DNA from: Acidimicrobiales bacterium | GTDB lineage: Bacteria > Actinomycetota > Acidimicrobiia > Acidimicrobiales > JAJPHD01 | Direction: 5' to 3' | Length of the DNA: 64,000 nt | NCBI GenBank assembly: GCA_050744225.1 | Contig: JBOGGT010000134.1 | Location: 4,401-68,400 of the forward strand | Part shown: one piece after another, positions 55,174 to 64,000 of the stretch | Numbering within the stretch: the stretch's first letter is position 1 | How the letters are laid out: every line of letters begins with the position of its first letter | The notes under the pieces: generated by a model | Database searches by the model: none | What the model saw: only the letters and a program-made list of their open reading frames with translations | Told to the model about the DNA's origin: nothing | Position numbers and translations under genes: made by a program

Positions 55174-56397
55174 TCAGTGCTGCAGGTCGAGCTTGAGGCC
55201 GGGGTCGGCTCCCGTGTCGAGCGGGCTGGGGCCGTCCGAGCACAGCCTCCACCAACCGGCGGCCGCCACCATGGCGGCGTTGTCGGTGCACATCGCCCGG
55301 CTGGGCAGGAACGACTGCAGCCCATCGGCCTCGCAAGCCGCCCTGGTTGCCGAGCGCAGCTCTGTGTTGGCTGCCACCCCGCCCGCCAGGCAGATCGCCC
55401 TGGCATTGCGCTCCGCAGCAGCCCGGCGCGCCTTTGTGACCAGCACCTCGACAACCGCCCGCTGGAAGCTGGCCGCCAGGTCCGGCGTGGACGCCTCGGG
55501 GTGCGCCCTCACGTAGTGGATCACCGAGGTCTTGAGCCCGCTGAACGAGAAATCCCACCCACCATCCATCATCGCGCGCGGGAAGCGGATCGCGGTTGGG
55601 TCGCCTTCGGTCGCCAGACGGTCAATGGCCGGGCCACCGGGGTACTCCAGGCCCAAGAACCTCGCCACCTTGTCAAAAGCCTCGCCCGCCGCATCGTCGA
55701 GCGTCTGGCCCAGCAGGCGGTAGCGGCCCCGTCCCTCCATCTCGATGAGCATGGTGTGGCCTCCCGAAACCAGGACCACAATCGCCGGGTACTCCACTGT
55801 CGGGTCTTCCAGGGACGCCGCGTACAGGTGGGCCTCCAGGTGGTTCACCCCCACGAAGGGCACGCCCCACACCAGGGCCATCGCCTTGGCCGCACTCACC
55901 CCGACCAGAAGGGAGCCGATCAGCCCAGGCCCGACGGTGGCAGCCACCGCTGCAAGGGCGGCCGGACACGACCCGGCGGACTCCTCGGCGCGGGGGGCGT
56001 CAGAGCTGGGGTTCGGGGAGCTGGGGTTCGGGGAGCTGGGGTTCGGGAGGCTGGGACTCGGGGGGCGGGGGTTCGGGGGGCGGGGGTCCGGGGGGCGGGG
56101 GTTCGGGGGGCGGGGGTCGAGGCCGGCCTCCAACAGGGCCTTGGCCACCACCGGGGTCAAAAGCTCAACGTGCGCCCGCCCCGCCAACTCGGGCACCACC
56201 CCCCCGAAGCGCGCGTGCAAGTCGATCTGGCTGGAAACGACGGACGAGAGCACATCCCGACCCGCCACCACCACTGCCGCCGCCGTCTCGTCGCAGGAGG
56301 TCTCGATGCCCAGCACAGTGGCGGGTCCGCTCAGCACGGTCCGCTCCAGCACGGTCCGCTCCAGCACGGTCCGCTCCAGCCTGGGCTCATCCAGCAT
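55174..56397 (-). CDS. tsaD: tRNA N6-adenosine threonylcarbamoyltransferase
   Basis: VLGIETSCDETAAAVV...GVNHLEAHL...VLVSGGHT...GEAFDKVAR...GGVAAN. A Pro-rich repeat insertion of about 45 aa (15 bp x8, 56005-56124) and an N-terminal LERTV repeat make the start uncertain. Confidence 0.9.
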   Translation of the reverse strand: MLDEPRLERTVLERTVLERTVLSGPATVLGIETSCDETAAAVVVAGRDVLSSVVSSQIDLHARFGGVVPELAGRAHVELLTPVVAKALLEAGLDPRPPNPRPPDPRPPNPRPPSPSLPNPSSPNPSSPNPSSDAPRAEESAGSCPAALAAVAATVGPGLIGSLLVGVSAAKAMALVWGVPFVGVNHLEAHLYAASLEDPTVEYPAIVVLVSGGHTMLIEMEGRGRYRLLGQTLDDAAGEAFDKVARFLGLEYPGGPAIDRLATEGDPTAIRFPRAMMDGGWDFSFSGLKTSVIHYVRAHPEASTPDLAASFQRAVVEVLVTKARRAAAERNARAICLAGGVAANTELRSATRAACEADGLQSFLPSRAMCTDNAAMVAAAGWWRLCSDGPSPLDTGADPGLKLDLQH

Positions 56398-56416
56398 GAG
56401 CCGCTCCAGCCTGGGC

Positions 56417-56992
56417 TCACCATTTTGCCGTCTCGACGATCGTCGTGCCCTGGAGGCCCGCCTCGATGTCTGCGAGTCGCTGAGCGTAGGCGGGGGTGTC
56501 GATTGGCGATGCGGTCATGATTAGGGCGTCCTCGTTGGTCTCGGCATAGTAGTTGCGGCGGATACCCACCGGAGCCATGCCGAACTGGACGTACATCGCC
56601 TGCGCGGCCAGGTTCCGGACCCTCACTTCCAGCGTAAGCCCGGTGGCGGTGCGTTCGATGGCCTCGCGAGCCAGGACCAGCAGCAATCGGGTGGCGATCT
56701 TCCGGCGATGCCAGGCAGGGTCGACCGCGATGTTGGTCACATGGGCCTCGTCACCAGTCAGCATCAGTCCCGCGTAGCCGACAACCACACCTCCTACCTT
56801 TGCCACGTAGTAGGCCCGCACGCTACGCAGGGCGATCTCGCTTACGAACAGCGAGAGTGACCAGGGGCGAGGGTAAACCATCGACTCGATTCGCATCACC
56901 GAGCGCAAGTGCCGGCGACGCATCGGGACAAGGTGAACCACCAGGGGATCGGTCGACGAGGCAAGGTCGGATTCGAGGTTGCGCGCCACCAT
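56417..56992 (-). CDS. rimI: ribosomal-protein-alanine N-acetyltransferase
   Basis: GNAT motifs (VVGYAGLM...AHVTNIAVDPAWHRRKIATRLL...LTLEVRVRNLAAQAMYVQFGM) and the conserved position between tsaB and tsaD. Confidence 0.8.
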   Translation of the reverse strand: MVARNLESDLASSTDPLVVHLVPMRRRHLRSVMRIESMVYPRPWSLSLFVSEIALRSVRAYYVAKVGGVVVGYAGLMLTGDEAHVTNIAVDPAWHRRKIATRLLLVLAREAIERTATGLTLEVRVRNLAAQAMYVQFGMAPVGIRRNYYAETNEDALIMTASPIDTPAYAQRLADIEAGLQGTTIVETAKW

Positions 56993-56995
56993 CGC

Positions 56996-57712
56996 TCAGC
57001 AGCCTCCTGGGGGGCCATGACCGGCTCGGCGCTCGAAGTTGACCTCGGCATCGGCTTTGCGCAGGTAGAGGACCTCGATATCTGAGACCTGCACGAACTC
57101 CTCCCTCAGCACCTTCGGCCGGGCCAGCTCGACCAGCGCGGCGGCAGAGGGGTGGGCGGCGCCCGCCGAAGCGATCTCGACCCCGCGCTCGGCGCCAAAC
57201 ATCTCGGCGTAGCGCAGCGCCCCGTCCCCCACCGCGAGGCAGGGCTCGGATCGCGCAGCCAGCTCGGCAGCCAGCTCGGAGGGAGGCGATATCCGGTACG
57301 CGCCCAGCCGCTGGAGCCCTCCCGGAACCTGGCGGTAGAACGCCCAGTAGACCTCTCCCTTGCGTGCGTCGATCACCGCGGCGACCAGCCGTTCCGAATA
57401 GCGCACACCAAAGGCGCACAGATCCAGGCTGGAGAGCCCGATCATGGGCACCCGCAGAGCCTGAGCACACGCTTTCGCCGTGGCCACCCCGACTCTCAGC
57501 CCGGTGAACAACCCCGGACCGACGTCGACTGCAACCACGCGCACCTCGCCGAGCGACACCCCTGCGCGATCGCAGACCCACTCGATGGCCGGGGCAACAA
57601 GCTCGGCATGACGCCGTCGAGCGGCGAGGTTGGTCGAAGCCAGCGTGCCCTCGTGGTTGCCAAGCGCCACGCTCACATACGAGGTGGCGGTCTCAATGCC
57701 CAGGACGATCAT
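56996..57712 (-). CDS. tsaB: tRNA threonylcarbamoyladenosine biosynthesis protein TsaB
   Basis: MIVLGIETATSYVSVAL...VAVDVGPGLFTGLRVGVATAKA. Its ATG overlaps the tsaE TGA (ATGA). Confidence 0.85.
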   Translation of the reverse strand: MIVLGIETATSYVSVALGNHEGTLASTNLAARRRHAELVAPAIEWVCDRAGVSLGEVRVVAVDVGPGLFTGLRVGVATAKACAQALRVPMIGLSSLDLCAFGVRYSERLVAAVIDARKGEVYWAFYRQVPGGLQRLGAYRISPPSELAAELAARSEPCLAVGDGALRYAEMFGAERGVEIASAGAAHPSAAALVELARPKVLREEFVQVSDIEVLYLRKADAEVNFERRAGHGPPGGC

Positions 57713-58266
57713 GGTGGAGGCCCAGGGGAGCGCCAGCGGTCGATCGCCAGCTCCAGGTCCATCCACCGTCCCTGCCATCCGTGCCCAAGAGGGCGCAGCT
57801 CGATCTGGCGCTTTCCATCGCCGGATCCACCTCCGGATCCACCTCCGGGGTCGTCGCCGGATTCGTCGGCAGCCCAGACAGGGTCGATGCGCACCTCCAA
57901 GTAATCAGGCGCCAGGGCCGGAGCCGCCATCTCGCCCCACTCCACCAGTGCCACGCATCCGTCGTCCAGCAGTTCAGGGAGGCCGAGATCGACCACCTCA
58001 GCTACCCGGTCGAGGCGGTACATGTCGGCGTGCAACAGGTCGATCCTGCCGGCGTACTGCCTCAATAGGACAAAGGTTGGGCTGGTAATCGGCTCGGCCA
58101 CCCCTAGTCCCCGGCCAAAGCCCTGGGCAAAGGTGGTCTTGCCGGCCCCGAGGTCTCCGATCAACAGGAGGACATCGCCGGGTCGGGCGAGCTCGGCCAG
58201 CGCCGCCGCCATCTGTCTGGTGTCCTCCGCCGACTCGGTGACCAGACGGATCAACTCGTTACCCAC
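57709..58266 (-). CDS. tsaE: tRNA threonylcarbamoyladenosine biosynthesis ATPase TsaE
   Basis: LLLIGDLGAGKTTFAQG...ITSPTFVLLRQY. C-terminal extension with a GGGSGGGSG repeat. Confidence 0.85.
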   Translation of the reverse strand: MGNELIRLVTESAEDTRQMAAALAELARPGDVLLLIGDLGAGKTTFAQGFGRGLGVAEPITSPTFVLLRQYAGRIDLLHADMYRLDRVAEVVDLGLPELLDDGCVALVEWGEMAAPALAPDYLEVRIDPVWAADESGDDPGGGSGGGSGDGKRQIELRPLGHGWQGRWMDLELAIDRWRSPGPPP

Positions 58267-58330
58267 TTGGTTTCCGGAGACGCCCTCCTCGTGCTGTCGC
58301 GCGACAGAGCCTGTTTGGCAAGGACCCGAA

Positions 58331-59041
58331 TCACCGTTTATCGCCCGTCGTGTCGCACGTTGTGTCGCCCGTCGAATCGCCAGTCGCGTCGCCAGGCCGG
58401 AGAGCCCGTTTCGCCCGGATCAAGTCCGCCCGCATTGCCGCCAGCACCGAGCCACCCCCGCGGAGAGCCGCCGCCGGGTGATAGGTCGGGACCAGCAATC
58501 CTCCCCGGAAGGGGTAGACCCGGCCCCGGAGCATCCCAATCGGCTCGGTGGTCCCGAGCAGGGCGCGGGTGGCAAAGTTGCCGAGCGTGACCACCACCTT
58601 CGGACGGATCAGCTCCACCTGGGCCTCAAGGTACGGCCGGCAGGCCGCGATCTCGTCGGGCCTGGGGTCGCGGTTCCCCGGCGGGCGGCACTTGACCACG
58701 TTGGCGATGTAGCACTGGCTGCGGTCGAGACCCAGCTCCTCCGCCATGAGACGATCCAGCAGCCTGCCAGACCGGCCAACGAACGGCTCTCCCGCAAGGT
58801 CCTCGTCGTGCCCAGGGCCCTCTCCCACAAACATGAGATCAGCCCTGGCATCACCGACCCCGAAAACGACATTGGTCCTTCCGCGTGCCAGCGAACAGCC
58901 CAAGCATCCCTTGGCCTCGACCTCCAGCTCGGCCAGCGTGGCCACCCCCCAAGCGTAGCCGTCGCCCGGACAAGTGTGGCCCGGACAAGTGTGGCCCGGA
59001 CAGCTGTTGCAGTTGTCCACATTTGAGGTGGAAAACTGCAA
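58331..59041 (-). CDS. udg: family 4 uracil-DNA glycosylase (Fe-S type)
   Basis: CLGCSL...[23 protein letters not shown]...GRSG...[13 protein letters not shown]...CRPYL...[11 protein letters not shown]. The called TTG start lies inside the 45-nt palindrome, so the true start is probably downstream. Confidence 0.8.
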   Translation of the reverse strand: MQFSTSNVDNCNSCPGHTCPGHTCPGDGYAWGVATLAELEVEAKGCLGCSLARGRTNVVFGVGDARADLMFVGEGPGHDEDLAGEPFVGRSGRLLDRLMAEELGLDRSQCYIANVVKCRPPGNRDPRPDEIAACRPYLEAQVELIRPKVVVTLGNFATRALLGTTEPIGMLRGRVYPFRGGLLVPTYHPAAALRGGGSVLAAMRADLIRAKRALRPGDATGDSTGDTTCDTTGDKR

Positions 59042-59045
59042 CAGC
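59001..59045. repeat. 45-nt conserved palindromic element, copy 2
   Basis: AGCTGTTGCAGTTGTCCACATTTGAGGTGGAAAACTGCAACAGCT, with a perfect 13-nt outer stem; 42/45 identical to 13183-13227. Confidence 0.85.
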
Positions 59046-59083
59046 TGGCGGCCGGCCCGGGTGAGCGCCAGCCCGCGGACCCC

Positions 59084-59617
59084 TCAGGAACGGCAGAGCC
59101 CCGAGCGGTCGAGGACTGAGCGGTCGAGGACTGAGCGCAGGTCGATGCCCTCCAGGGCCAACGCCGCACGGCCTCCCTGCTCACGGTCGATGGCACAGAC
59201 CGCCAGATCGACCCCGGCCCCCGCTTGGCGCAGCTCGACGCAGCCGCCCACCAGCGCACCCGCGGTGGTCACGACATCTTCCACCGCCACTACCCGCAAG
59301 CCTCGGACTGACCGACCCTCGACGGCCTTGCACGTCCCATAGGACTTGGCCTGCTTGCGGACGAACACCGCCGGCAGCCCGGTGATCTGGGACATCACCG
59401 TGGCGATCGGTATCCCGCCCATCTCCATTCCCGCCAGCAGGTCGCAATCCGGGAGCAGCTCGACCATTGCCGCGGCAACATCGCGAAGCAGCTCTGGCTG
59501 GGTCTCGAAGAGGTACTTGTCGAAGTATTCGGTGCTGGTCTGCCCCGACCGCAGCCGAAACTCCCCAGTCAGGTGGCAGGCGTCGAAGACCCGCTGGGCG
59601 AGGGCGTCGTGGTTCAC
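59084..59617 (-). CDS. pyrE: orotate phosphoribosyltransferase
   Basis: GEFRLRSGQTSTEYFDKY..., PRPP loop VVAVEDVVTTAGA. Confidence 0.9.
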   Translation of the reverse strand: MNHDALAQRVFDACHLTGEFRLRSGQTSTEYFDKYLFETQPELLRDVAAAMVELLPDCDLLAGMEMGGIPIATVMSQITGLPAVFVRKQAKSYGTCKAVEGRSVRGLRVVAVEDVVTTAGALVGGCVELRQAGAGVDLAVCAIDREQGGRAALALEGIDLRSVLDRSVLDRSGLCRS

Positions 59618-59687
59618 TCCTCAAGTATCGCAGGCTTGGGCCGCTGACGGCCTACGCTCAGGGACCATCGACAAGCCCCTGACCCTC

Positions 59688-60506
59688 ATGGCGGTGCACG
59701 CGCACCCCGACGACGAAGCCACCAGCACCGGGGGGATCCTGGCCCGTTACGCATCGGAGGGGATCCGCACGGTGCTGGTCACCTGCACCGACGGAGCATG
59801 CGGCGACGCGCCCGGCGGGATCAAACCAGGTGAGGCGGGCCACGACGACCAGGCGGTGATAGATCTGCGCGCCGAAGAGCTCAGGGCCAGCTGCGCGATC
59901 CTCGGCGTCGAGCACCTGGAACTGCTGGGCTACGGAGACTCCGGAATGATGGGCTGGCCGCACAACGACACCCCCGGCTCCTTCTGGAGCACCCCAATCG
60001 AAGAGTCCGCCTCTCGTCTGGGCGCGCTGATGGAGGCATACCGCCCAGAGGTGGTGGTCACCTACGACGCCAACGGCTTCTACGGCCACCCCGACCACAT
60101 CCAGGCCCACCGCATCACAATGGCCGCAGCATCGACGACCGGCATCCCCGCCAAGGTCTACTGGACCACGGTGCCCCATTCGGGATGGGTTGCCTTTGCC
60201 CAGCGGATGCGCGAGGCCGGCATGGAGATGCCCACGGGCGAACCGGATTCGGCCGGCTCCGGTGAACCGCTCCCGGTCATCGGTTCGCCGGACGAGGACA
60301 TCGACGCCTGGATCGACGTCCGTCCTTACGCGGATGCCAAGTTCGACGCGCTCGCGGCGCACGCCAGCCAGACTGACAACATATTTTTCCTCCGGATGGG
60401 ACGTGAGGTTTTCACAGAGCTCATGGGCGGCGAGACCTTTATTCGGGCTGTCGACCGGACCGGGGCTCCAGTACCGGAGAACGACCTCTTCGCCGGCCTG
60501 CGCTGA
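59688..60506 (+). CDS. PIG-L family deacetylase, MshB/Mca-like
   Basis: MAVHAHPDDEATSTGG...VTCTDG...GYGDSGM...FYGHPDHIQAH. Confidence 0.8.
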   Translation: MAVHAHPDDEATSTGGILARYASEGIRTVLVTCTDGACGDAPGGIKPGEAGHDDQAVIDLRAEELRASCAILGVEHLELLGYGDSGMMGWPHNDTPGSFWSTPIEESASRLGALMEAYRPEVVVTYDANGFYGHPDHIQAHRITMAAASTTGIPAKVYWTTVPHSGWVAFAQRMREAGMEMPTGEPDSAGSGEPLPVIGSPDEDIDAWIDVRPYADAKFDALAAHASQTDNIFFLRMGREVFTELMGGETFIRAVDRTGAPVPENDLFAGLR

Positions 60507-60583
60507 GCCCGGGCATGGTCACACTGACCCGGTACTGAACACCCTGCGGGAACCGGCCAGGCCGCCTCCCCGACACAGGATCG

Positions 60584-61474
60584 TCAGGGAGCGCTCAGCA
60601 CCACTGCTGGCTTGACCCTGCCCTGGCCATCACCACACCGTTCGTAGACCGCCAGCAGCGAGCCGGCCCCGTCGAGCAGTGCCCACGGCCCGGCCTCGTT
60701 GGCGTGCACGCCAAGTGACGTTCCGTCCAGCACCGCCCCGTGGGAGATCGGGCCGCAAAGCTCCCCGTCGACTGGTACCGACGCCAGGTCCCGCATTGCC
60801 TGTGCGGGCGACAGCACCCTGGCGGCAGGGTCGGCAGCCAGACCCTCAATGGTCGTGGACTCCTCGACGCTGAAAGAACCCACCGACAACCGGCGGAGAG
60901 CGGCGAGGTGCGCGCCGCCGCCAAGGGCCGTACCGAGGTCGGCGGCAAGCGTGCGGACATAGGTCCCGGACGAGCATTTCACGTCGATGCCGAACCTGCT
61001 GGGCTCGCCGGTTGGCCTCACAACCAGTCGGTGGACCACCACTGGACGAGCCTCGCGCTCCACCTCGATGCCGGCACGCGCCAACTCGTGTAGGCGGCGC
61101 CCACCAACTTTGATCGCAGAGACCATTGGGGGCACCTGGAGGATCGGGCCGGTTAGGTCTGCGGCTGCTTCTTCCATGTCGGCCAGGCTCACCGACGACA
61201 TCTCCCACCTCCCGGTCACCTCGCCCGAAGCATCGAGGGTGGAGGTGGCAACGCCCAGGATCACCTCACCGAGGTAGTGCTTGGGCAAACCGCTCAGGTA
61301 GCGCATGAGACGAGTCGCCCGGCCCAGCCCAACCAGGAGCACTCCCGTCGCATCGGGGTCCAGCGTCCCGGCATGACCCACCCGGCGCTGCCCGATAATC
61401 CCCCTGCAACGTGCGACGACATCATGAGAGGTCCACCCGGCTTCCTTGTCCAGTACCACCAACCCGTCGATCAC
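60584..61474 (-). CDS. truB: tRNA pseudouridine(55) synthase
   Basis: GLVVLDKEAGWTSHDVV...VGHAGTLDPDATGVLLVGLGRATRL. Confidence 0.92.
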   Translation of the reverse strand: MIDGLVVLDKEAGWTSHDVVARCRGIIGQRRVGHAGTLDPDATGVLLVGLGRATRLMRYLSGLPKHYLGEVILGVATSTLDASGEVTGRWEMSSVSLADMEEAAADLTGPILQVPPMVSAIKVGGRRLHELARAGIEVEREARPVVVHRLVVRPTGEPSRFGIDVKCSSGTYVRTLAADLGTALGGGAHLAALRRLSVGSFSVEESTTIEGLAADPAARVLSPAQAMRDLASVPVDGELCGPISHGAVLDGTSLGVHANEAGPWALLDGAGSLLAVYERCGDGQGRVKPAVVLSAP

Positions 61475-61905
61475 GGCAGGGGTTCCTCAGCAGAGTCAGC
61501 CCTCAACTCCTCGGCGGCGGCAGGCGCTTCGGCGCCGGCGACTCGACGAAGGACCTCTTCGATCCGGTTGCCGGCCAAGATGGCTGGATCCTGTGCAAAA
61601 GCCAGGCGCGGAGTCCGCTTCATTCGGAGCTGGGAACCGATCGCTGCCTGCAGCTTCACTCGAACCTCGACCAAGGCCTGCTCAGCCGGGATCTCCAACT
61701 GGGCAAACAGGACCTTCGCGTGCCGCTGGTCGGGCTCGGCCACCACACCCGTAACGGTGAGGAGCCGGAGTCGATCGTCGGTATCGGCGAGCCGCTCCAA
61801 CTCCTCTGCCACCACCTCGCGGAGCACCTGATTCAACCGCGCCACCCTTGGGTAGCGTTCGACCTGCTCGGGGACCCTCCGGTGGCGTCGGTGAGTAGAG
61901 CTCAT
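61471..61905 (-). CDS. rbfA: ribosome-binding factor A
   Basis: RVARLNQVLREVVAEELERL...LTVTGV...D.RHAKV...RTPRLAF.QD. The conserved infB-rbfA-truB order supports the call. Confidence 0.9.
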   Translation of the reverse strand: MSSTHRRHRRVPEQVERYPRVARLNQVLREVVAEELERLADTDDRLRLLTVTGVVAEPDQRHAKVLFAQLEIPAEQALVEVRVKLQAAIGSQLRMKRTPRLAFAQDPAILAGNRIEEVLRRVAGAEAPAAAEELRADSAEEPLP

Positions 61906-62177
61906 GTCTCCAACCAGGATCGCTCCACCGAGATGACCTCCAGCTCGGGGTGCGACCACACGAAACGCTCCACCTGATCGAGTACCTCCTCCACGTGTCC
62001 TGCGCTGCCCGCCACGGCGGCCATCGCAATCAGGGCGCGCTGGTGCAGGTCTTGGTGGTCCACCTCCGCCGCCGCCACCGAGAAGCGCTGCCGAGCACCC
62101 GCCAGGATCGGCTTGACCAGCCCACGCTTGTCTTTCAGGGTGCGACAATCCGGCAGGTGAAGGTCGAGGGCAACCAC
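61902..62177 (-). CDS. DUF503 family protein (YlxP-like)
   Basis: The GTG at 62177 lies just after the infB stop. ALDLHLPDCRTLKDKRGLVKPI... matches the DUF503 pattern, and the position between infB and rbfA is conserved. Confidence 0.7.
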   Translation of the reverse strand: MVALDLHLPDCRTLKDKRGLVKPILAGARQRFSVAAAEVDHQDLHQRALIAMAAVAGSAGHVEEVLDQVERFVWSHPELEVISVERSWLET

Positions 62178-62179
62178 GC

Positions 62180-64000
62180 CTACGTGCGTTTGATCTCCCG
62201 CTCCTCGAAGGTCTCGATAATGTCGCCGCCGTGCAGGTCCTGGAAGTCCGAAAGCCCGACCCCGCACTCAAAGCCAGTGGCGACCTCACGAACATCGTCC
62301 TTGAAGCGCTTCAGGGAGGTGATGGTCCCCTTCCAGATGACGACCCCCTCCCGCAGGAATCGGACCTTCGAGCCGCGGGTGATGACCCCGCTGCGCACCT
62401 GGCAGCCAGCCACCGCGCCGATCCGGGGCACCCGGAAGACCTCGCGCACCTCGGCTTCCCCGGTGACCACCTCCTCGAATTCCGGGGCGAGCATCCCCAC
62501 CATCGCCGCCTCGATCTCTTCGAGGACCTTGTAGATGATCTCGTAGGTGCGTATATCGACACCCTGGTTGGCCGCCATCTCCCTGGACCGCCGGTCCGGG
62601 CGGACATTGAAGCCGATGATGGTGGCAGTTGAGGCGGTGGCCAACTGCACGTCGTACTCGGTAATGCCCCCCACGGCCCGATGCAGGAACCGGAGCTTCA
62701 CGTCGTCGCGCTCCAGCTTGCGAAGCGCCTCGGTGAGCGCCTCCAGAGACCCTTGAACATCTGCCTTCAAGACCAGGTTCAGGGTGGCGGTCTCGCCCCG
62801 TTGAATCTGCTCGAAGATGTCCTCGAGCTTGGCCCCGGGTGTGGCGGACGGCGTGGGAGTGTAACCAGCCACCCGGATCCGGTGGCCGCGCTTTTCCCCG
62901 ATGGTGCGCGCGGTTGCCTGGTTGGTCGTCTCACGAAGCTCGTCCCCAGCTCCGGGCACATCCGAAAAACCCAGAACCTGGACGGGGGTGGAGGGAGTCG
63001 CGCGCTTCAGGTTGTGACCCCGGTCGTCCAGCAAGGCCCTCACCTTGCCCCAGGCGGCACCGGCCACCACGAAGTCTCCCACGTCGAGATGACCGCGCTG
63101 GACCAGAACAGTGGCCACCGGTCCCCGACCGACGTCCAGGTTGGCCTCCAGGACCACCCCATGCGCTCGACCCTCCGGGTTGGCCTTCAGGTCCAGGACC
63201 TCCGCCAACACCAGCAGCTGCTCCAACAGGTCATCAACCCCGATGTTCTGAAGGGCCGAAAGCTCGACCATGATTGTGTCCCCGCCCCACTCCTCTGGGA
63301 CCAGCCCGTGCTCGGCGAGCTGCTGGCGCACGCGGTTGGGGTCGGCGTCAGCCCGATCGACCTTGTTGATCGCCACCATGATCGGAACCTCTGCCGCCTT
63401 GGCGTGGTTGATAGCTTCAATGGTCTGAGGCATGACCCCGTCGTCTGCGGCCACCACCAGGACCACGATGTCGGTGACTTTGGCCCCTCTGGCACGCATG
63501 GCGGTGAAAGCCTCGTGACCGGGAGTGTCGATAAAGGTGATGAGCTGGCCGGCTACCTCGGCCTGGTAGGCCCCGATGTGCTGGGTGATCCCTCCCGCCT
63601 CGCCGGCCACCACGTTGGTTTCGCGGATCCGGTCCAACAGCTTGGTCTTGCCGTGGTCCACGTGGCCCATGACCGTTACCACCGGGGGACGTGGCTGTGC
63701 CAGGCCCTCCTCGTCGTCCTCCTCGTCATCACCGAAGTAACGGGCCTGCAGAGCAGCTTCCTGTTCCTCTCCGGGATCGACCAGTCGGACGGTGGCGCCG
63801 AGCTCGGCGGCAAACAATTCGATCATGTCTTCGGTAAGCCCCTGGGTAACGCTCACCAGCTCACCCTGGAGCAGCAGGAACCTGACCACATCACCCGCGG
63901 ACCGGTTCAGCTTGGGACCGAGGTCCTGGGCGTTCGAACCGCGCTCGACGATTACCTCACCTTCGGGTACTGACGCGTTAGACGGGGTGTAGCTGGTGGG
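62180..64000 (-). CDS. infB: translation initiation factor IF-2 (partial; 5' end beyond window)
   Basis: G-domain [16 protein letters not shown]...DTPGHEAF...NKVD, with C-terminal domains ending ...EEREIKRT*. The frame stays open to position 64000. Confidence 0.93.
   Translation of the reverse strand, partial: PTSYTPSNASVPEGEVIVERGSNAQDLGPKLNRSAGDVVRFLLLQGELVSVTQGLTEDMIELFAAELGATVRLVDPGEEQEAALQARYFGDDEEDDEEGLAQPRPPVVTVMGHVDHGKTKLLDRIRETNVVAGEAGGITQHIGAYQAEVAGQLITFIDTPGHEAFTAMRARGAKVTDIVVLVVAADDGVMPQTIEAINHAKAAEVPIMVAINKVDRADADPNRVRQQLAEHGLVPEEWGGDTIMVELSALQNIGVDDLLEQLLVLAEVLDLKANPEGRAHGVVLEANLDVGRGPVATVLVQRGHLDVGDFVVAGAAWGKVRALLDDRGHNLKRATPSTPVQVLGFSDVPGAGDELRETTNQATARTIGEKRGHRIRVAGYTPTPSATPGAKLEDIFEQIQRGETATLNLVLKADVQGSLEALTEALRKLERDDVKLRFLHRAVGGITEYDVQLATASTATIIGFNVRPDRRSREMAANQGVDIRTYEIIYKVLEEIEAAMVGMLAPEFEEVVTGEAEVREVFRVPRIGAVAGCQVRSGVITRGSKVRFLREGVVIWKGTITSLKRFKDDVREVATGFECGVGLSDFQDLHGGDIIETFEEREIKRT

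Overview
Very GC-rich bacterial chromosomal segment (by eye about two-thirds G+C or more; not computed). Gene content and order point to Actinomycetota: an Rpf-type transglycosylase, RipA-like NlpC/P60 hydrolases, a PPOX/F420-class enzyme, an MshB/Mca-like deacetylase, GuaB3 plus guaA, infB-DUF503-rbfA-truB, and tsaE-tsaB-rimI-tsaD-groES-groEL with a perfect CIRCE operator. I support about 60 protein genes, almost all on motif-level evidence from the supplied translations. Many long ORFs in the six-frame track are antisense or out-of-frame artefacts of the high GC content. I recognised no rRNA, tRNA, CRISPR array, transposase or integrase. Blocks: (i) 1.4-4.1 kb, a NarL-type two-component system with two small coupled ORFs. 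(ii) 4-7.9 kb, serA, Rpf-like and DUF4115 genes. (iii) 8-24 kb, a cell-envelope and glycan region (rmlC, PIG-L deacetylase, flippase-like protein, GT-C-like membrane proteins, GT4, GT2, an ECF sigma with putative anti-sigma, and an S-layer-like protein with three CWB2 repeats), plus an alternative-oxidase-family di-iron protein. (iv) 24-37.9 kb, mixed metabolism (DUF885, dienelactone hydrolase, PPOX, fumarase, two NlpC/P60 hydrolases, Qor, AlgH, guaA). (v) 38-44.3 kb, an accessory-looking decay zone with three Uma2 copies (one intact), a PIN remnant, a beta-helix pseudogene with an in-frame amber codon, a WYL protein without an HTH, and CsbD. (vi) 44.35-50.0 kb, the most interesting locus: a four-gene, fully overlapping operon encoding two Cas4/AddB-type Fe-S PD-(D/E)xK nucleases, a YprB/MrfB-like RNase-H-fold exonuclease and an MrfA/SftH-type DEAH helicase with a DUF1998 zinc domain. 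(vii) 50-64 kb, housekeeping genes. At small scale the window carries many short tandem repeats: 12/15/18/21/33-bp units inside CDSs, and 12, 17-18 and 20-bp units outside. One 20-bp x5 array forms a chain of ATGA-linked 7-codon mini-ORFs between two genes. There are also two families of conserved palindromic elements.
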